A stretch of 64,000 nucleotides of DNA from Microvirga sp. (GCA_036562855.1 DATCJK010000008.1:45252-109251), one strand, 5' to 3'; shown: positions 8,467 to 21,975, counted from the first letter of the stretch. The notes: a model not told the origin generated them from the letters alone. Numbers and translations are program-made.

Positions 8467-9333
8467 TCAGGCCGCCCGGCGATAGGCGCCGGGGGTCACC
8501 GCCATGCGGGCCTTGAAGATCCGGTTCAGGTGGCTCTGGTCGAAGAACCCGCAGGCCGCCGCCACGTCCCCTGGGGCCTCGCCGCGCTCGAGCAGGCGCG
8601 AGGCCGCACGAAAGCGCCGGTCCATCAGGTAGGCATGAGGCGCGAGCCCCGTCTCCTGCCGGAAGGCGCGAATGAAGTGGCTGCGGGAGAGGCCCGCGAT
8701 CCCGGCGAGCGCCGTCAGCTCCACATCGTCGGCGAGATGGTCATCGAGATAGGCCTTCACCTCGGCGATGCCGCGGCGTCCCGCAGGCTGCGGGGGCGAG
8801 GCATCGAAATCCGCATGGCGGGCGATGAGCTTGGCGAGGAACGCGACGAGGCGCGTGTCCTGCTCGATCACCGGCGCCGCCTGCCCCTCGAGCGAAAGGC
8901 AGGCATGGAGCCGCGTCAGCTCCGCCACGAGTTCAGGGTCGTCGAGAACCGATTGCGGGAACCAGGGCGGCCGGGCGAGCGGGCGGCCCGCCACGTCCTC
9001 GGCGATCTCCTGCATGAGGGCAGCCGAGGGGTAGAATGTCCGGTAGACGAAGCCGCCCCCATGGGGCGCCCCGTCATGCAGTTCATCCGGGCAGACGATC
9101 GCGAGGGAGCCCGCGCCCGCATAATGCTGGACGCCCCGGTGAAAGAAGGTCTCGCAGCCGGCCACGATGGCCGCCACCGCGTAGGTCTCGTGGGTGTGGC
9201 GGGCGTAGGAATGGCGGCGGAAGGTGGCGCGCAGGCAATCGAGGCCGTGATAGCGCGGCACCCGCCAGAAATGCGTCACGTCCCCGGCAGCGAGGCTGGA
9301 ATCGAGAGACACGTCGGGCGTCACCAGGGTCAT
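8467..9333 (-). CDS. AraC-family transcriptional regulator (cupin-like N-terminal domain plus HTH_18)
   Basis: The C-terminal dual HTH (LAGIAGLSRSHFIRAFRQETGLAPHAYL...CGFFDQSHLNRIFK) is typical of AraC/XylS regulators. Confidence 0.9.
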   Translation of the reverse strand: MTLVTPDVSLDSSLAAGDVTHFWRVPRYHGLDCLRATFRRHSYARHTHETYAVAAIVAGCETFFHRGVQHYAGAGSLAIVCPDELHDGAPHGGGFVYRTFYPSAALMQEIAEDVAGRPLARPPWFPQSVLDDPELVAELTRLHACLSLEGQAAPVIEQDTRLVAFLAKLIARHADFDASPPQPAGRRGIAEVKAYLDDHLADDVELTALAGIAGLSRSHFIRAFRQETGLAPHAYLMDRRFRAASRLLERGEAPGDVAAACGFFDQSHLNRIFKARMAVTPGAYRRAA

Positions 9334-9412
9334 GGCGCCAATGTGCCATGGGGGTCGGGCGAAGTCTTGGACGAAAGTGCTGGCGCCGCCACTCCCCGAA
9401 AGGGAAATCCGA

Positions 9413-11908
<2,496 letters not shown>

Positions 11909-11923
11909 TCAGGGAGCGGGGCG

Positions 11924-13597
11924 CTACCGATGCGCGGCTTGGAGCAGGCGCGCCGCGGCGGCGCGGGCTTCCTCGGTGATGGTGGCGCCGGCGAGCATGC
12001 GGGCGATCTCTTCGCGGCGGGGCTTCTCGGTGAGCGGCTTCACGCGGGTCGCGACCCGGTCGGAGCCGGAGACGCCCTCCTTGGCGATGAGGAAGTGGCT
12101 CGACGCCTGCGCCGCCACCTGGGGCGCGTGGGTCACGGCCATGACCTGGACGCGCCCGGCAAGGCGCGCCAGGCGCTGGCCGATGGCATCCGCAACCGCG
12201 CCGCCGACGCCCGTGTCGATCTCGTCGAAGACGAGGGTCGGCGCGGATCCCTTGTCGGCGAGCACCACCTTGAGCGCCAGCATGAAGCGCGAAAGCTCGC
12301 CGCCCGAGGCCACTTTCAGGAGCGGGCCGGCCTTGGTGCCCGGGTTCGTCTGCGCCCAGAACTCCACCCGGTCGAAGCCGGCCGGATCACGGCTCGCCTC
12401 GTCGGTGGCGATCTCGGTGATGAAGCGGGCGCGCTCCAGCTTCAGGGGCGGCAATTCGGCCTGCACGGCCGCATCGAGGGCCTGGGCGGCCGCCCTGCGC
12501 CCGGCCGAGAGGGTCCGGGCCGCGTCCACATAGATCTTCTCGGCCTTGGCGAGCGCCTTTTCGAGGCTCGCCAACTGCTCCTCGCCCGCATCGATGGCGG
12601 CCACATCGGCGATGAAGCGCTCGCGCAGGGCGGCGAGCTCATCCGCCGGCACATCGTATTTGCGGGCGGCGGCGCGCAGCGCGAACAGGCGCTCTTCGGC
12701 CAGTTCCAGCTCGCGGGGATCGAACTCCGTGGCGCGGAGGGCATCCTCCAGGGCGTCGCGGGCCTCCTCGATGGCGACGAGCGCCGCGTCGAGCGCCTTG
12801 ACGCAGGGATCGACGAGAGCCGGCGCCTGGGCGCTGCGGCGCTCCAGCTTGCGCACGGCGCCCGCGAGAACCGGCACGGGCGAGCCCGAACCGGCCACCG
12901 CCTCGAAGGCCTCGTTCAGCTCGCCGGCCACCTTCTCGGATTGCTGCATGGTGACGCGCCGCTCGGCGAGGCTCGCCTCCTCGCCGGGCTGCGGCGCCAG
13001 GGTCGCGAGTTCCTCGACCGCATGGCGGAGGAAATCGGATTCCTTGCGCGCCCGCGCGATCCGGGCGCGCTGCTCGTTGAGGGCGCCCTTGGCCTCGCGC
13101 ACGCCGCGGGCCGCCTCCGTGACCGCCCTCGCCTCTCCCTGCAGGCCGCCGAAGGCGTCGAGGATGGCGCGGTGCGTGACGGGGTCGATCAAGGCCCTGT
13201 CGTCGTGTTGGCCGTGGATCTCCACGAGGGTCGCGCCGATGCTCTTGAGCACCTGAACGCTCACGGGCTGGTCGTTGACGAAGGCGCGCGTGCGTCCGTC
13301 CGCCAGCTGCACGCGGCGCAGGATGAGGTCACCGTCTGTGTCGAGTTCGGCATTGGCCGCGATGCGGCGGGCCGGGTGATCGGGCGGGCAGTCGAAGACC
13401 GCCGTCACCTGCCCCTGAGCCTCGCCGTGGCGCACGAGCGAGCCGTCTCCCCGCCCGCCGAGGGCGAGGGCGAAGGCGTCGAGCAGGATGGACTTGCCGG
13501 CACCGGTCTCACCGGTAAGCACCGACAAGCCCTCATCGAAATGAAGCTCGAGCTTGTCGATGAGGACGATATCGCGGATCGCCAGCTGGATCAGCAT
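11924..13597 (-). CDS. recN: DNA repair protein RecN
   Basis: 557 aa. It has an N-terminal Walker A motif (LTGETGAGKSILLDA), a coiled-coil middle region and a C-terminal ASGGELSRFMLALK signature. Confidence 0.95.
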   Translation of the reverse strand: MLIQLAIRDIVLIDKLELHFDEGLSVLTGETGAGKSILLDAFALALGGRGDGSLVRHGEAQGQVTAVFDCPPDHPARRIAANAELDTDGDLILRRVQLADGRTRAFVNDQPVSVQVLKSIGATLVEIHGQHDDRALIDPVTHRAILDAFGGLQGEARAVTEAARGVREAKGALNEQRARIARARKESDFLRHAVEELATLAPQPGEEASLAERRVTMQQSEKVAGELNEAFEAVAGSGSPVPVLAGAVRKLERRSAQAPALVDPCVKALDAALVAIEEARDALEDALRATEFDPRELELAEERLFALRAAARKYDVPADELAALRERFIADVAAIDAGEEQLASLEKALAKAEKIYVDAARTLSAGRRAAAQALDAAVQAELPPLKLERARFITEIATDEASRDPAGFDRVEFWAQTNPGTKAGPLLKVASGGELSRFMLALKVVLADKGSAPTLVFDEIDTGVGGAVADAIGQRLARLAGRVQVMAVTHAPQVAAQASSHFLIAKEGVSGSDRVATRVKPLTEKPRREEIARMLAGATITEEARAAAARLLQAAHR

Positions 13598-13609
13598 GAA
13601 GGGCCGGGC

Positions 13610-14506
13610 TTACCCCGTCCGCTGGCCGACGCGCGGCACGCCGCGGAAGGCCCGGCTGATCCAGGATTCCGAGTTCTCGTAGGGCTCGACGCCGCCCGAC
13701 CGAAGCAGGGTATAGGAGTCCTTGTACCAGGGGCTGTCCGGGAAGTTGTGGCCGAGCACCGCGGCGGCGGTCTGCGCCTCGTTCACGATGCCCATGGCCA
13801 TGTAGGCCTCGGTCAGACGCTGGAGCGCCTCTTCCACGTGGCGGGTCGTCTGATACTTGGCGACCACGTTGCGGAAGCGGTTGATCGCGCCCGTATAGTT
13901 GCGCTTCTGGAGGTAGAAGCGGCCCACCTCCATCTCCTTGCCGGCGAGCTGATCGCGGGCGATCTGGATCTTCTGCTTGGCGTCCGCCACGTATTCCGAT
14001 TGCGGATAGCGATCGACCAGCTCCTGCAACGCGATGAGCGCGCGCTCAGACTTCTCCTGGTCGCGGTTGATGTCCGGGATCTGGTTGTAGTGCGACATGG
14101 CCAGCAGGTACTGGGCATAGGCCGCGTCCGGGGTCGCCGGATGGAGCTGGAGGTAGCGGCGCGACGAATTGATCGCGTCGTCGTACATGCCGCCCTCGTA
14201 ATTGGCGAAGGCGGTCATGATGAGGCCGCGCCGGGCCCACTCGGAATAGGGGTTCTGCTTCTCGAGATCGCCGAACTTCTTCGCGGCGCCCGTGAAGTCG
14301 CTCTTCTGGAGGCGCGCGAGACCGTCATTATAGAGCTGCTCGCCGGGAACCTCGGCCACGATCTCGGGCTTGTAGGTCTCGCCCTTGTCGAAGGGGTTCA
14401 GCGAGGAAAGGGTGTCGCAGCCGGCGAGCGTGAGGCCGCACGCGGCAACCGCGAGTGCACGAAGGGTGGCGACTTTCGCGCCCGTCATATTCTTGGCGAA
14501 AGACAT
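13610..14506 (-). CDS. bamD: Outer membrane protein assembly factor BamD (lipoprotein)
   Basis: Lipobox LTLAGC followed by TPR-like repeats. I chose the start at 14506 (MSFAKNM) because of a GGAGGAC SD sequence. The ORF-track start at 14623 adds a non-signal extension. Confidence 0.9.
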   Translation of the reverse strand: MSFAKNMTGAKVATLRALAVAACGLTLAGCDTLSSLNPFDKGETYKPEIVAEVPGEQLYNDGLARLQKSDFTGAAKKFGDLEKQNPYSEWARRGLIMTAFANYEGGMYDDAINSSRRYLQLHPATPDAAYAQYLLAMSHYNQIPDINRDQEKSERALIALQELVDRYPQSEYVADAKQKIQIARDQLAGKEMEVGRFYLQKRNYTGAINRFRNVVAKYQTTRHVEEALQRLTEAYMAMGIVNEAQTAAAVLGHNFPDSPWYKDSYTLLRSGGVEPYENSESWISRAFRGVPRVGQRTG

Positions 14507-14714
14507 GCCGTATCGGTCCTCCGAAAAACTAAGGCCCGCCTCGGGGGGACCCGGAGGCGGCGCAGAAAGGTTCTTTACCCTAACCCGAGGGGGGGAGCCA
14601 AGGCCCTGCAAGAGTGTTTGCACGCGATGTCGCGCTCGCGCCGAAGAGGCCTCATGCGGCCAATTGGCGCTTGAGCGGAGGCCGAGCCGGACGACCGGAA
14701 CCCGTTGAAAGATT

Positions 14715-15671
14715 TCAGTGAATCTCGGGCGCGTAGGCCGGCATCGCCATGCTGCCGCCGAGCTCCGCGTAGCCCGGCTCGCGACGGGGCGCCGCTTCGA
14801 TCACCGCATAATTGGCGCGGCTGGAGAAGAGAGCCTCGAGAACGGAGAAGTTCATCCGGTGTCCGCCGCAATAGGAGCGGTAGGTGCCGAGCAGCGGCAA
14901 GCCGGCGAGGGACAGGTCCCCGACCGCATCGAGGATCTTATGACGGACGAACTCGTCCGCGTAGCGCAGGCCCTCGGGGTTGATCACGCCGTCCTCGCCG
15001 ATGGCGACGGTGTTCTCGAGAGAAGCGCCGAGGGCGAAGCCCGCGCTCCAGAGCTTTTCCACGTCCCGCATGAAGCCGAAGGTGCGGGCCCGGGAGATCT
15101 CACGGCGGAAGACGCTCGGCGCGAGGTCGATGGCCTTGCGCTGGCGGCCGATCACCGGGGTCGGGAAGTCGATCTCGACCTCGAGGCGGAAGGTGCGCTC
15201 GTTGGGGAGGAGCTCCGCGAAGGCCTTGCCCTGCGTGACGCGCACGGGGCGGAGAACCTTGATGTAGCGGCGGCTGGTGTTGAGGGCGACGATGCCGACC
15301 TGGTCGATCGCATCGATGAAGGGGGCGGAGCTGCCGTCGAGGATCGGAACCTCGGGGCCGTCGATCTCGACGAGGACGTTGTCGATGCCAAGGCCCGCCA
15401 GGGCGGCCATCAGGTGCTCGATCGTCGCCACCGCGCCGCTCTCGCGGTCGCCGATGACGGTGCACAGCTCGGTGGCCGTTACGGCGAGGTGCCGGGCGTC
15501 GATGAGGCGGTCGTGACCGCCGGGAAGGCCTGTGCGGAGGAAAGCAATGCCGTGGTTCGCTTCCGCGGGGTGGAGGATGATCTTGACCTCATCGCCCGAA
15601 TGGACGCCAGCACCGGTGAGGGTGACGGCTGCGCGGAGCGTGGTTTGCTGGCTTTGCTTCATTACACTCAA
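14715..15671 (-). CDS. lpxC: UDP-3-O-acyl-N-acetylglucosamine deacetylase
   Basis: 318 aa. LpxC motifs are present (GVHSG, TIEHLMAAL, ILDGSSAPF, EFVRHKILDAVGDL). Confidence 0.95.
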   Translation of the reverse strand: MSVMKQSQQTTLRAAVTLTGAGVHSGDEVKIILHPAEANHGIAFLRTGLPGGHDRLIDARHLAVTATELCTVIGDRESGAVATIEHLMAALAGLGIDNVLVEIDGPEVPILDGSSAPFIDAIDQVGIVALNTSRRYIKVLRPVRVTQGKAFAELLPNERTFRLEVEIDFPTPVIGRQRKAIDLAPSVFRREISRARTFGFMRDVEKLWSAGFALGASLENTVAIGEDGVINPEGLRYADEFVRHKILDAVGDLSLAGLPLLGTYRSYCGGHRMNFSVLEALFSSRANYAVIEAAPRREPGYAELGGSMAMPAYAPEIH

Positions 15672-15914
15672 CCTCGGCCGTTATCGCGTGGCAGGAGATC
15701 CGGATCGGTCTGATCCGAGAAGCCTTGCCGATGGACCCGTCCGCTGTTTCTGCCCTGACCCTGAACGCCGCTTGAGCTGCGACGCCCCTTTATGATGCGG
15801 GCACCTTAGTCACGGCGAAGCCTGAGGCCAAATCACGGTTTCTTACGATCTGTAACAATCTGAAACAGGCGCCGCCCTCGCGTAAGCCATTGAAGTGTTT
15901 ACGGTTTGTTAAAC

Positions 15915-15944
15915 GCAAAAACCCCGGGCGCTGGGCGCCCGGGG
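15915..15944 (-). terminator. Rho-independent terminator downstream of ftsZ
   Basis: A perfect 10-bp GC stem (ccccgggcgc / gcgcccgggg) with a 3-nt loop, followed on the minus strand by TTTTT. It lies 28 nt after the ftsZ stop. Confidence 0.8.
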
Positions 15945-15971
15945 TTGGTCGTAACATCGCCTGTGCGGGCG

Positions 15972-17660
15972 TCAGTTGGCCTGGCGCCGCAGGAAGGCGG
16001 GAATCTCCAGCTGGTCGTCCTCGACGCTCCGGGACTGGGCCGGGAGGCGGCCCTGGGCGTCGAGCTGGCCCTGGGCCGGACGGTAGCCCTGGGGCACCGG
16101 CGCCGGCTGGCGCTTCACGTACTCGGAATGGGTCGGCGAGGGATGCCGGGGCGCCTCGGCCCGAGCCGGTGCCTCGACGGGGGCCTGGCCCTCCTCTTTC
16201 CGGCCGAAGCCCACGGTCGCGAGCCGCTGCAGGAGCGTCATGCGCTTTTGGTCATGGGCCGGCTCCGTTTCCCGGGCGCGGAGCTGGTTCTGCGCCGGCA
16301 TGGGCAGCTCGTCCACCCGCGGCATGCGCGGCTGACGAACGAGCGCCCGCTCCGCCTGCGGCGGGATGTAGGAGACGGGCGGCATCTCCTCGTGGTGAAC
16401 CGGCTCCGGAGCCGGCGGCTCGAAGGCCACCGCCTGCTTCGGCTGCGCGGGGGTCAGCACCACTTCGTTGTGGATGACGGGCGCCGGGGCCGGCATCTCG
16501 GCCCGGGGCATCTCCACGGGGGCGGCCGCCACGGGCTCCGGCTGGACCGACTTTACCGGCTCCGGGGTGGCGTGGCGAAAGGTCGGCACGGATTGAGCCT
16601 GGGAGACGCGGGCGCGAGCCTCGGCCCTCAGACGCTCCGCAACCTCCGCGATACGCTGTTCCGTGGAGGAAATCTCGGCGTGGGCCGCCGCGATTTCCTG
16701 ATCGATGCCCGTGGCCACCACGGAGACGCGGACGATACCGTCGAGGCTCTCGTCGAAGGTGGCGCCCAGGATGATGTTGGCGTCCTGGTCGACCTCCTCG
16801 CGGATGCGGGTCGCGGCCTCGTCCACCTCGTAGAGGGTGAGGTCGTTGCCGCCGGTGATGGAGATGAGGAGGCCGCGGGCGCCGCGCATCGACACGTCGT
16901 CGAGGAGCGGGTTGGCAATCGCGGCTTCCGCGGCGCGCATGGCGCGCTTCTCGCCGGTGGCCTCGCCCGTGCCCATCATCGCCTTGCCCATGCCGCGCAT
17001 GACGGAGCGGACGTCGGCGAAGTCGAGGTTGATGAGGCCTTCCTTGACCATGAGGTCCGTGATGCAGGCGACGCCCGAGTAGAGCACCTGGTCGGCCATC
17101 GCAAAGGCGTCCGCGAAGGTGGTCTTCTCGGTGGCGACGCGGAACAGGTTCTGGTTCGGGATCACGATCAGCGTATCGACCGATTGCTGCAGCTCGTTGA
17201 TGCCCGACTCGGCGAGGCGCATCCGGCGCACGCCCTCGAACTGGAACGGCTTGGTGACGACACCGACCGTCAGGATGCCCATCTCGCGAGCGACGCGGGC
17301 CACCACCGGCGCCGCGCCGGTGCCGGTGCCGCCGCCCATGCCGGCGGTGATGAACACCATGTGGGAGCCCGCGAGCTGATCGCGGATCTCGTCCATCACT
17401 TCCTCGGCCGCCGCGCGGCCGACCTCGGGCTGCGAGCCCGCGCCGAGGCCCTCGGTGACTTGGACGCCCATCTGCACGATGCGCTGCGCCTTCGAGGAGG
17501 TGAGCGCCTGCGCATCCGTGTTGGCCACGACGAACTCGACGCCCATGAGGCCCGATTCGATCATGTTGTTGACGGCGTTGCCGCCGGCACCGCCGACTCC
17601 GAACACCGTGATGTGCGGCTTGAGTTCCCGGATGTCCGGAGCTTGCAGATTGATCGCCAT
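15972..17660 (-). CDS. ftsZ: Cell division GTPase FtsZ
   Basis: Tubulin signature [11 protein letters not shown], a long Pro/Glu/Ala-rich linker, and the conserved C-terminal peptide [15 protein letters not shown]. Confidence 0.97.
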   Translation of the reverse strand: MAINLQAPDIRELKPHITVFGVGGAGGNAVNNMIESGLMGVEFVVANTDAQALTSSKAQRIVQMGVQVTEGLGAGSQPEVGRAAAEEVMDEIRDQLAGSHMVFITAGMGGGTGTGAAPVVARVAREMGILTVGVVTKPFQFEGVRRMRLAESGINELQQSVDTLIVIPNQNLFRVATEKTTFADAFAMADQVLYSGVACITDLMVKEGLINLDFADVRSVMRGMGKAMMGTGEATGEKRAMRAAEAAIANPLLDDVSMRGARGLLISITGGNDLTLYEVDEAATRIREEVDQDANIILGATFDESLDGIVRVSVVATGIDQEIAAAHAEISSTEQRIAEVAERLRAEARARVSQAQSVPTFRHATPEPVKSVQPEPVAAAPVEMPRAEMPAPAPVIHNEVVLTPAQPKQAVAFEPPAPEPVHHEEMPPVSYIPPQAERALVRQPRMPRVDELPMPAQNQLRARETEPAHDQKRMTLLQRLATVGFGRKEEGQAPVEAPARAEAPRHPSPTHSEYVKRQPAPVPQGYRPAQGQLDAQGRLPAQSRSVEDDQLEIPAFLRRQAN

Positions 17661-17847
17661 GACCTTCTTGCCCTCTCGTGGCCTCTTATCGGGGCTGCGC
17701 TTCAGCGCAGCCGTCTGTTTCGTTGATACTCGGGACGACGGCCGCCGCGCCGTCGCTTACGCTTACGCATGAGACCGGGCCAACGCTGGCTCGGCCGAAC
17801 TGCGGACCTCACGGGCGCCGGCTATGCCGGCGCGCCCGGGAGCGCCC

Positions 17848-19170
17848 TTAGAAACTGTCCCTGATCCAACGGCCGACCCGGGAGAAATAGCCGTCCGTTC
17901 CCGTGCCCTGGAGGAGGCCGTGGGTGCGGGGCTCGAAGTACTCGACATGCGCCACCTGCGGGTAGACGAGCATGCCGACGACCGCCGAGAAGGCAGGACC
18001 TTTCGCGGCTTCGGGCAGGCCCTTGATGCCGAGCGGACGCCCGACGCGGACCTGGCCCTGAAGGATGCGGCGCGCCGTCTCCGGCATGCCGACGAGTTGG
18101 CTGGCGCCGCCCGTGAGCACCACGCGCCGCCCGGCCTGCGCCGCGAAGCCCGCCTTCTTGAGGCGGTCGCGGACGAGTTCCAGGATCTCTTCGACCCGAG
18201 GCTTGATGATGCGCACCAGGTGCGATTTCGGCAGGTGGTTCGCCACGTCGCGCTCGTCCTCGTCCACCTGCGGCACCGCGATCATGTCGCGGTCGTCGGA
18301 GCTCGAGGCGATGGCGGATCCATAGAGCGTCTTGAGGCGCTCGGCCGCTGCGACCCGCGTGGTGAGGCCCCGGGCGATGTCCATGGTGACGTGATGGCCG
18401 CCCACCGCGATGGCGTCCGCATGAACGAGGTGCCCGTTCGCGAACACGCCGACGCTCGTGGTGCCGCCGCCCATGTCGACCACGGCGCAGCCCATGTCGG
18501 CTTCGTCGTCCACGAGAGCCGAGAGGCCCGAGGCATAGGGGGTCGCGATCACCGCCTCGATGCCGAGATGGCAGCGCTCGACGGCGAGCATGAGATTGCG
18601 GGCGGCGGCGGCTTCCGCCGTCACCACGTGAAGGTCGACGCCGAGGCGCTCGCCCATCATGCCGGTGGGATCGACGATATGGTTCTGCGCGTCGAGGGAG
18701 TAGCCCGTCGGCAGCGCATGGAGAACCGCCCGGCCCTGACGCTGGTTGTGGCCGCTCGCCACGTCGAGAACCCGGTGGATCTCGGCGCCGCCGACCGTGC
18801 CGCGCACGGGCACGTGGGCCTCGAAATGCTCGGAATTGAGGCGGCCGCCCGTGAGGTTCACGATGACGGACTGGATCTCCACTTTCGCCATGCGCTCGGC
18901 GGCGTGGACCGCCTGGCGGATCGCCGTCTCGGCGGCTTCGAGGTCGACGATGGCGCCGCCCTTGAGGCCCATGGAGCGCTGGTGACCGATTCCGATGATG
19001 CGGGCGAGATGCGTGCGGCCGCGCAGGGATTCGATCTGGTCGACCGGCTGCAGCTCGGCGACGACGCAGACGACCTTGCTCGTCCCGATGTCGAGCACCG
19101 AGAGCGTGGCGCTCTTGCGCGAGGAGAGCGGCTTCAGCCGCGGCGTCAGACCTTGATGCGAGAAGCTCAC
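17848..19170 (-). CDS. ftsA: Cell division protein FtsA
   Basis: Actin-like ATPase (VLDIGTSKVVCVV, DMGGGTTSVGVF, VVLTGGASQL). I infer a GTG start at 19170 that overlaps the ftsQ stop (GTGA). The ORF-track frame stays open upstream only because no stop codon occurs. Confidence 0.9.
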   Translation of the reverse strand: MSFSHQGLTPRLKPLSSRKSATLSVLDIGTSKVVCVVAELQPVDQIESLRGRTHLARIIGIGHQRSMGLKGGAIVDLEAAETAIRQAVHAAERMAKVEIQSVIVNLTGGRLNSEHFEAHVPVRGTVGGAEIHRVLDVASGHNQRQGRAVLHALPTGYSLDAQNHIVDPTGMMGERLGVDLHVVTAEAAAARNLMLAVERCHLGIEAVIATPYASGLSALVDDEADMGCAVVDMGGGTTSVGVFANGHLVHADAIAVGGHHVTMDIARGLTTRVAAAERLKTLYGSAIASSSDDRDMIAVPQVDEDERDVANHLPKSHLVRIIKPRVEEILELVRDRLKKAGFAAQAGRRVVLTGGASQLVGMPETARRILQGQVRVGRPLGIKGLPEAAKGPAFSAVVGMLVYPQVAHVEYFEPRTHGLLQGTGTDGYFSRVGRWIRDSF

Positions 19171-20129
19171 GTGTCGATCCCCTTGGTGCCGCGCGCGGGC
19201 TTCTTCTTCATCACCTCGGCCCGGGCCGCGGCGGCTTCTTCGGTGAGACGGACGACCACCCGATCCGGCATGCGCAGGTCGATGGCGAGAACGTCCTTCT
19301 CCAAAATCTTCTGCTCGCGCTCGAGCTTGACGAGGCGGGCCAGGGCTTCCGCGGTCCCGGTCTCCGGCAGGCGCACGTCCATGCCGTTGTCCATCTTCAG
19401 GGTCCAGCGGCGACCGGATACGAGGGTCCCGGCGCGAATGCGGCTCTTCAGGGGTCCGGCCGCGTCGAGAAGCGCAAGATAATCCCGGGTGCGGGCATTG
19501 GCGCCCTCCCCGACCACGAGCGGCAGATCGGCGAAGCGCTCGTCCTGCATGAGGTCGATCACAGTGCCGTCGGCGGCCGTGATGAAGAGTTCGCCGTTGT
19601 TCTGCCAGATCGCGTGCGGCTCGCGCTCGGTGAGGCTCACCACGAGCTCGTTGGGGTAGAGCTTGCGCACGGAGGCGCTCTTCACCAGCGGCACGTTCTC
19701 CAGGCGCTCGCGCACCTCGGTCACGCTCAGGAAAGCGAGCGACGTCTTGGGGCTGAGGCCCGCCGCCAGCAGCAGCTCCGATTCCCGCATCTGGCTGATG
19801 CCGGAGACGGTGACGCGCTCGAGCCCGAGGCCGACCATGCGGGCCACCGCGTGGTGCGGCTCGCCGTATTCCTTGTAGAACCCGTCGAGGTGGCCGCCCT
19901 GGGAGAGGCCTACCGCCGTGACCCCGGCGAAGAAGCCGAGCGCCAGATAGGTGCCCAGATGCCGGGGGAGCCGCCGCTCGAGGGGGACGGAGACCGAGCG
20001 CCGCCGGGCGATTCGCGGCAGGCGGATGCCGAGGATGGAGGTGCGGGGCGAGGAGTAAGGGACGCGCGCAGAGGCGATCGCGGCCGCGGGGGCCGTCATC
20101 GATTGCAGGTAGCGTCCTCCACCATCCAT
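19167..20129 (-). CDS. ftsQ: Cell division protein FtsQ
   Basis: Single TM segment, then POTRA and FtsQ domains (VSGISQMRESELL...LYPNELVVSLTEREP). An alternative start at 20099 (MTAPAA) overlaps the ddl stop as ATGA. Confidence 0.88.
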   Translation of the reverse strand: MDGGGRYLQSMTAPAAAIASARVPYSSPRTSILGIRLPRIARRRSVSVPLERRLPRHLGTYLALGFFAGVTAVGLSQGGHLDGFYKEYGEPHHAVARMVGLGLERVTVSGISQMRESELLLAAGLSPKTSLAFLSVTEVRERLENVPLVKSASVRKLYPNELVVSLTEREPHAIWQNNGELFITAADGTVIDLMQDERFADLPLVVGEGANARTRDYLALLDAAGPLKSRIRAGTLVSGRRWTLKMDNGMDVRLPETGTAEALARLVKLEREQKILEKDVLAIDLRMPDRVVVRLTEEAAAARAEVMKKKPARGTKGIDT

Positions 20130-21019
20130 TGCACAAGCTCGCCAAACGTGTAGCCCGCATGGGCTGCCAATTCGGGCACCAAGCTCGTCTCGGTCATGCC
20201 GGGCTGCGTGTTGACTTCGAGAACCACGACCTGCCCGGTTCCCCCGGGCGTGTCGTCGTATCTCAAGTCGGCGCGGCTGACGCCCCGGCAGCCGAGTGCT
20301 TGATGCGCCGTTAACGCCAACTCTTGAACCTGATGGTAAATATTCGGTTTAATTTCTGCGGGCAGGACGTGGATGGACCCACCTTTCGCGTACTTGGCGT
20401 CATAATCGTAGAAGACGCCGGCGGCGGGCTGGATGTCGATGACCCCGAGCGCCCGGTCGCCCATGACGGCGCAGGTGAGCTCCCGGCCCGGAATGTATTG
20501 TTCCACAAGGACTTGCTCGCCGAAGGCCCAATCGTCCCTGAGGAGCTCCTGGGGCGGAGCGGATTTGTCGTCCCGGACGATGATGACGCCGACCGAGGAG
20601 CCCTCGCTGATGGGTTTCACCACGTAAGGAGCCGGGAGGACGTGACTCTTGGCCACCTCCCGCCGGTTAACCACTAGGCCCTCCGGCACCGGGACGCCGG
20701 CCGCCTTCATGACGACCTTGGCCCGATCCTTCTGCATGGCGAGCGCGGAGGCCAGGACGCCCGAATGGGTGTAGGGGATGCCCAGAATCTCCAGAAGGCC
20801 CTGGATGGTGCCGTCCTCGCCGACCCGGCCGTGGAGCGCGTTGAACGCCACCTGCGGCGCGGTCGCCTGGATCACCGTGGCGATGTCCGGCTGCACGTCG
20901 ATGGGCGTCACTCGGTAGCCCTGCTCCTCGAGGGCACGGCAGCAGGCCCTGCCGGTGCGCAGGCTCACCTCCCGCTCGGCCGACCATCCGCCCATGAGCA
21001 CCGCAACGTGCTTCGCCAT
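20096..21019 (-). CDS. ddl: D-alanine--D-alanine ligase
   Basis: ATP-grasp Ddl motifs (VAVLMGGWSAEREVSL, FNALHGRVGEDGTIQGLLE, LEVNTQPGMT). I chose the start at 21019 (MAKHVAV) because of an AGGGAGG SD sequence. Confidence 0.93.
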   Translation of the reverse strand: MAKHVAVLMGGWSAEREVSLRTGRACCRALEEQGYRVTPIDVQPDIATVIQATAPQVAFNALHGRVGEDGTIQGLLEILGIPYTHSGVLASALAMQKDRAKVVMKAAGVPVPEGLVVNRREVAKSHVLPAPYVVKPISEGSSVGVIIVRDDKSAPPQELLRDDWAFGEQVLVEQYIPGRELTCAVMGDRALGVIDIQPAAGVFYDYDAKYAKGGSIHVLPAEIKPNIYHQVQELALTAHQALGCRGVSRADLRYDDTPGGTGQVVVLEVNTQPGMTETSLVPELAAHAGYTFGELVQWMVEDATCNR

Positions 21020-21060
21020 ATCGGCCTCCCTGCTCTGCCTCAGCCTGCCTGCGGCAAGGC

Positions 21061-21975
21061 TCAGGCCACGCCCACGCGCTTGATCTCCCATTCGAGCTCC
21101 ACGCCCGAATGCTCCTTCACCCGGCGGCGGACCTCCTCGCCGAGGCCCTCCACGTCCGCCGCGGAGGCGCCGCCGTGGTTGATGAGGAAGTTGCAGTGCA
21201 TCTCGGAGACCTGCGCGTCGCCGCGGCGCAGCCCCCGACAGCCGGCCGCGTCGATGAGCTGCCAGGCCTTGTGCCCCTCGGGGTTCTTGAACGTGGAGCC
21301 GCCCGTACGCGTGTTGACGGGCTGCGTCGAGGAGCGCGCCTCGGTGATCGCGTTCATCTCGGCGAGAATCGCCTCAGGCTCGCCCGGGCGCCCCTCGAAC
21401 AGGCCCTCGGTGAAGATCACGTCGTCCGGCACGGCGCAGTGGCGGTAGGTAAAGCCCATCTCCGCGTTGCTGTAGGTGCGGATCGTGCCATCCCGAGAGA
21501 CGCCGGTCGCCTCCACGAGCACGTCCTTGGTCTCGCCCCCATAGGCGCCGCCGTTCATGCGAAGCGCGCCGCCGATGGTGCCAGGAATGCCACGCAGGAA
21601 CGACAGACCCGCAATGCCGGCTTCCGCCGCCGTGCGGGCTACCTTCACGTCCGGCGCGGCGGCGCCCGCCCGCACCCGAAGGCCCGGCTCCACGGCGATC
21701 TCCGCGAAAGGCTTGCCGAGCCGGATGAGCACGCCGGGCAGGCCGCCGTCCCGCACCAGCAGGTTAGAGCCGAGGCCCACCACGAGAAGGGGTAGGCCCG
21801 CATCGAGGTTCTTCAGGAAATAGGCGAGGTCCTGCGCATCGGCGGGCGTGAACAGCGCCTGCGCGGGTCCGCCGGTGCGGAACCAGGAGAGCGGCGCCGT
21901 CCTGGCGTTCGCCTCCAGGGAGCCCCGCAGATCCGGCATGCGGGCCCGAAGGTCCGGTGTGATGTCGGCGAACAT
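21061..21975 (-). CDS. murB: UDP-N-acetylenolpyruvoylglucosamine reductase
   Basis: FAD-binding MurB motifs ([37 protein letters not shown]). The start at 21975 overlaps the murC stop (TGATG). Confidence 0.93.
   Translation of the reverse strand: MFADITPDLRARMPDLRGSLEANARTAPLSWFRTGGPAQALFTPADAQDLAYFLKNLDAGLPLLVVGLGSNLLVRDGGLPGVLIRLGKPFAEIAVEPGLRVRAGAAAPDVKVARTAAEAGIAGLSFLRGIPGTIGGALRMNGGAYGGETKDVLVEATGVSRDGTIRTYSNAEMGFTYRHCAVPDDVIFTEGLFEGRPGEPEAILAEMNAITEARSSTQPVNTRTGGSTFKNPEGHKAWQLIDAAGCRGLRRGDAQVSEMHCNFLINHGGASAADVEGLGEEVRRRVKEHSGVELEWEIKRVGVA

Noticed and set aside
13673-13687. Possible alphaproteobacterial SOS box (GTTC-N7-GCTC, against the consensus GTTC-N7-GTTC), about 75 nt upstream of recN, inside the bamD 3' coding region.
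   Set aside because: There is one mismatch in an 8-nt motif. By rough estimate, the chance of a 7/8 match in the 200 bp examined is not small, so the site is not supportable from sequence alone.
15897-15914. CtrA-box-like sequence TTAA-N7-TAAAC (minus strand) between the ftsZ terminator and lpxC. A second TTAC-N6-TTAAC-like string lies at about 35405..35419, upstream of mraZ.
   Set aside because: Each site deviates from TTAA-N7-TTAAC in either a half-site base or the spacing. Both lie in AT-richer intergenic DNA, where such near-matches are expected by chance. They cannot be evaluated without a genome-wide matrix scan.
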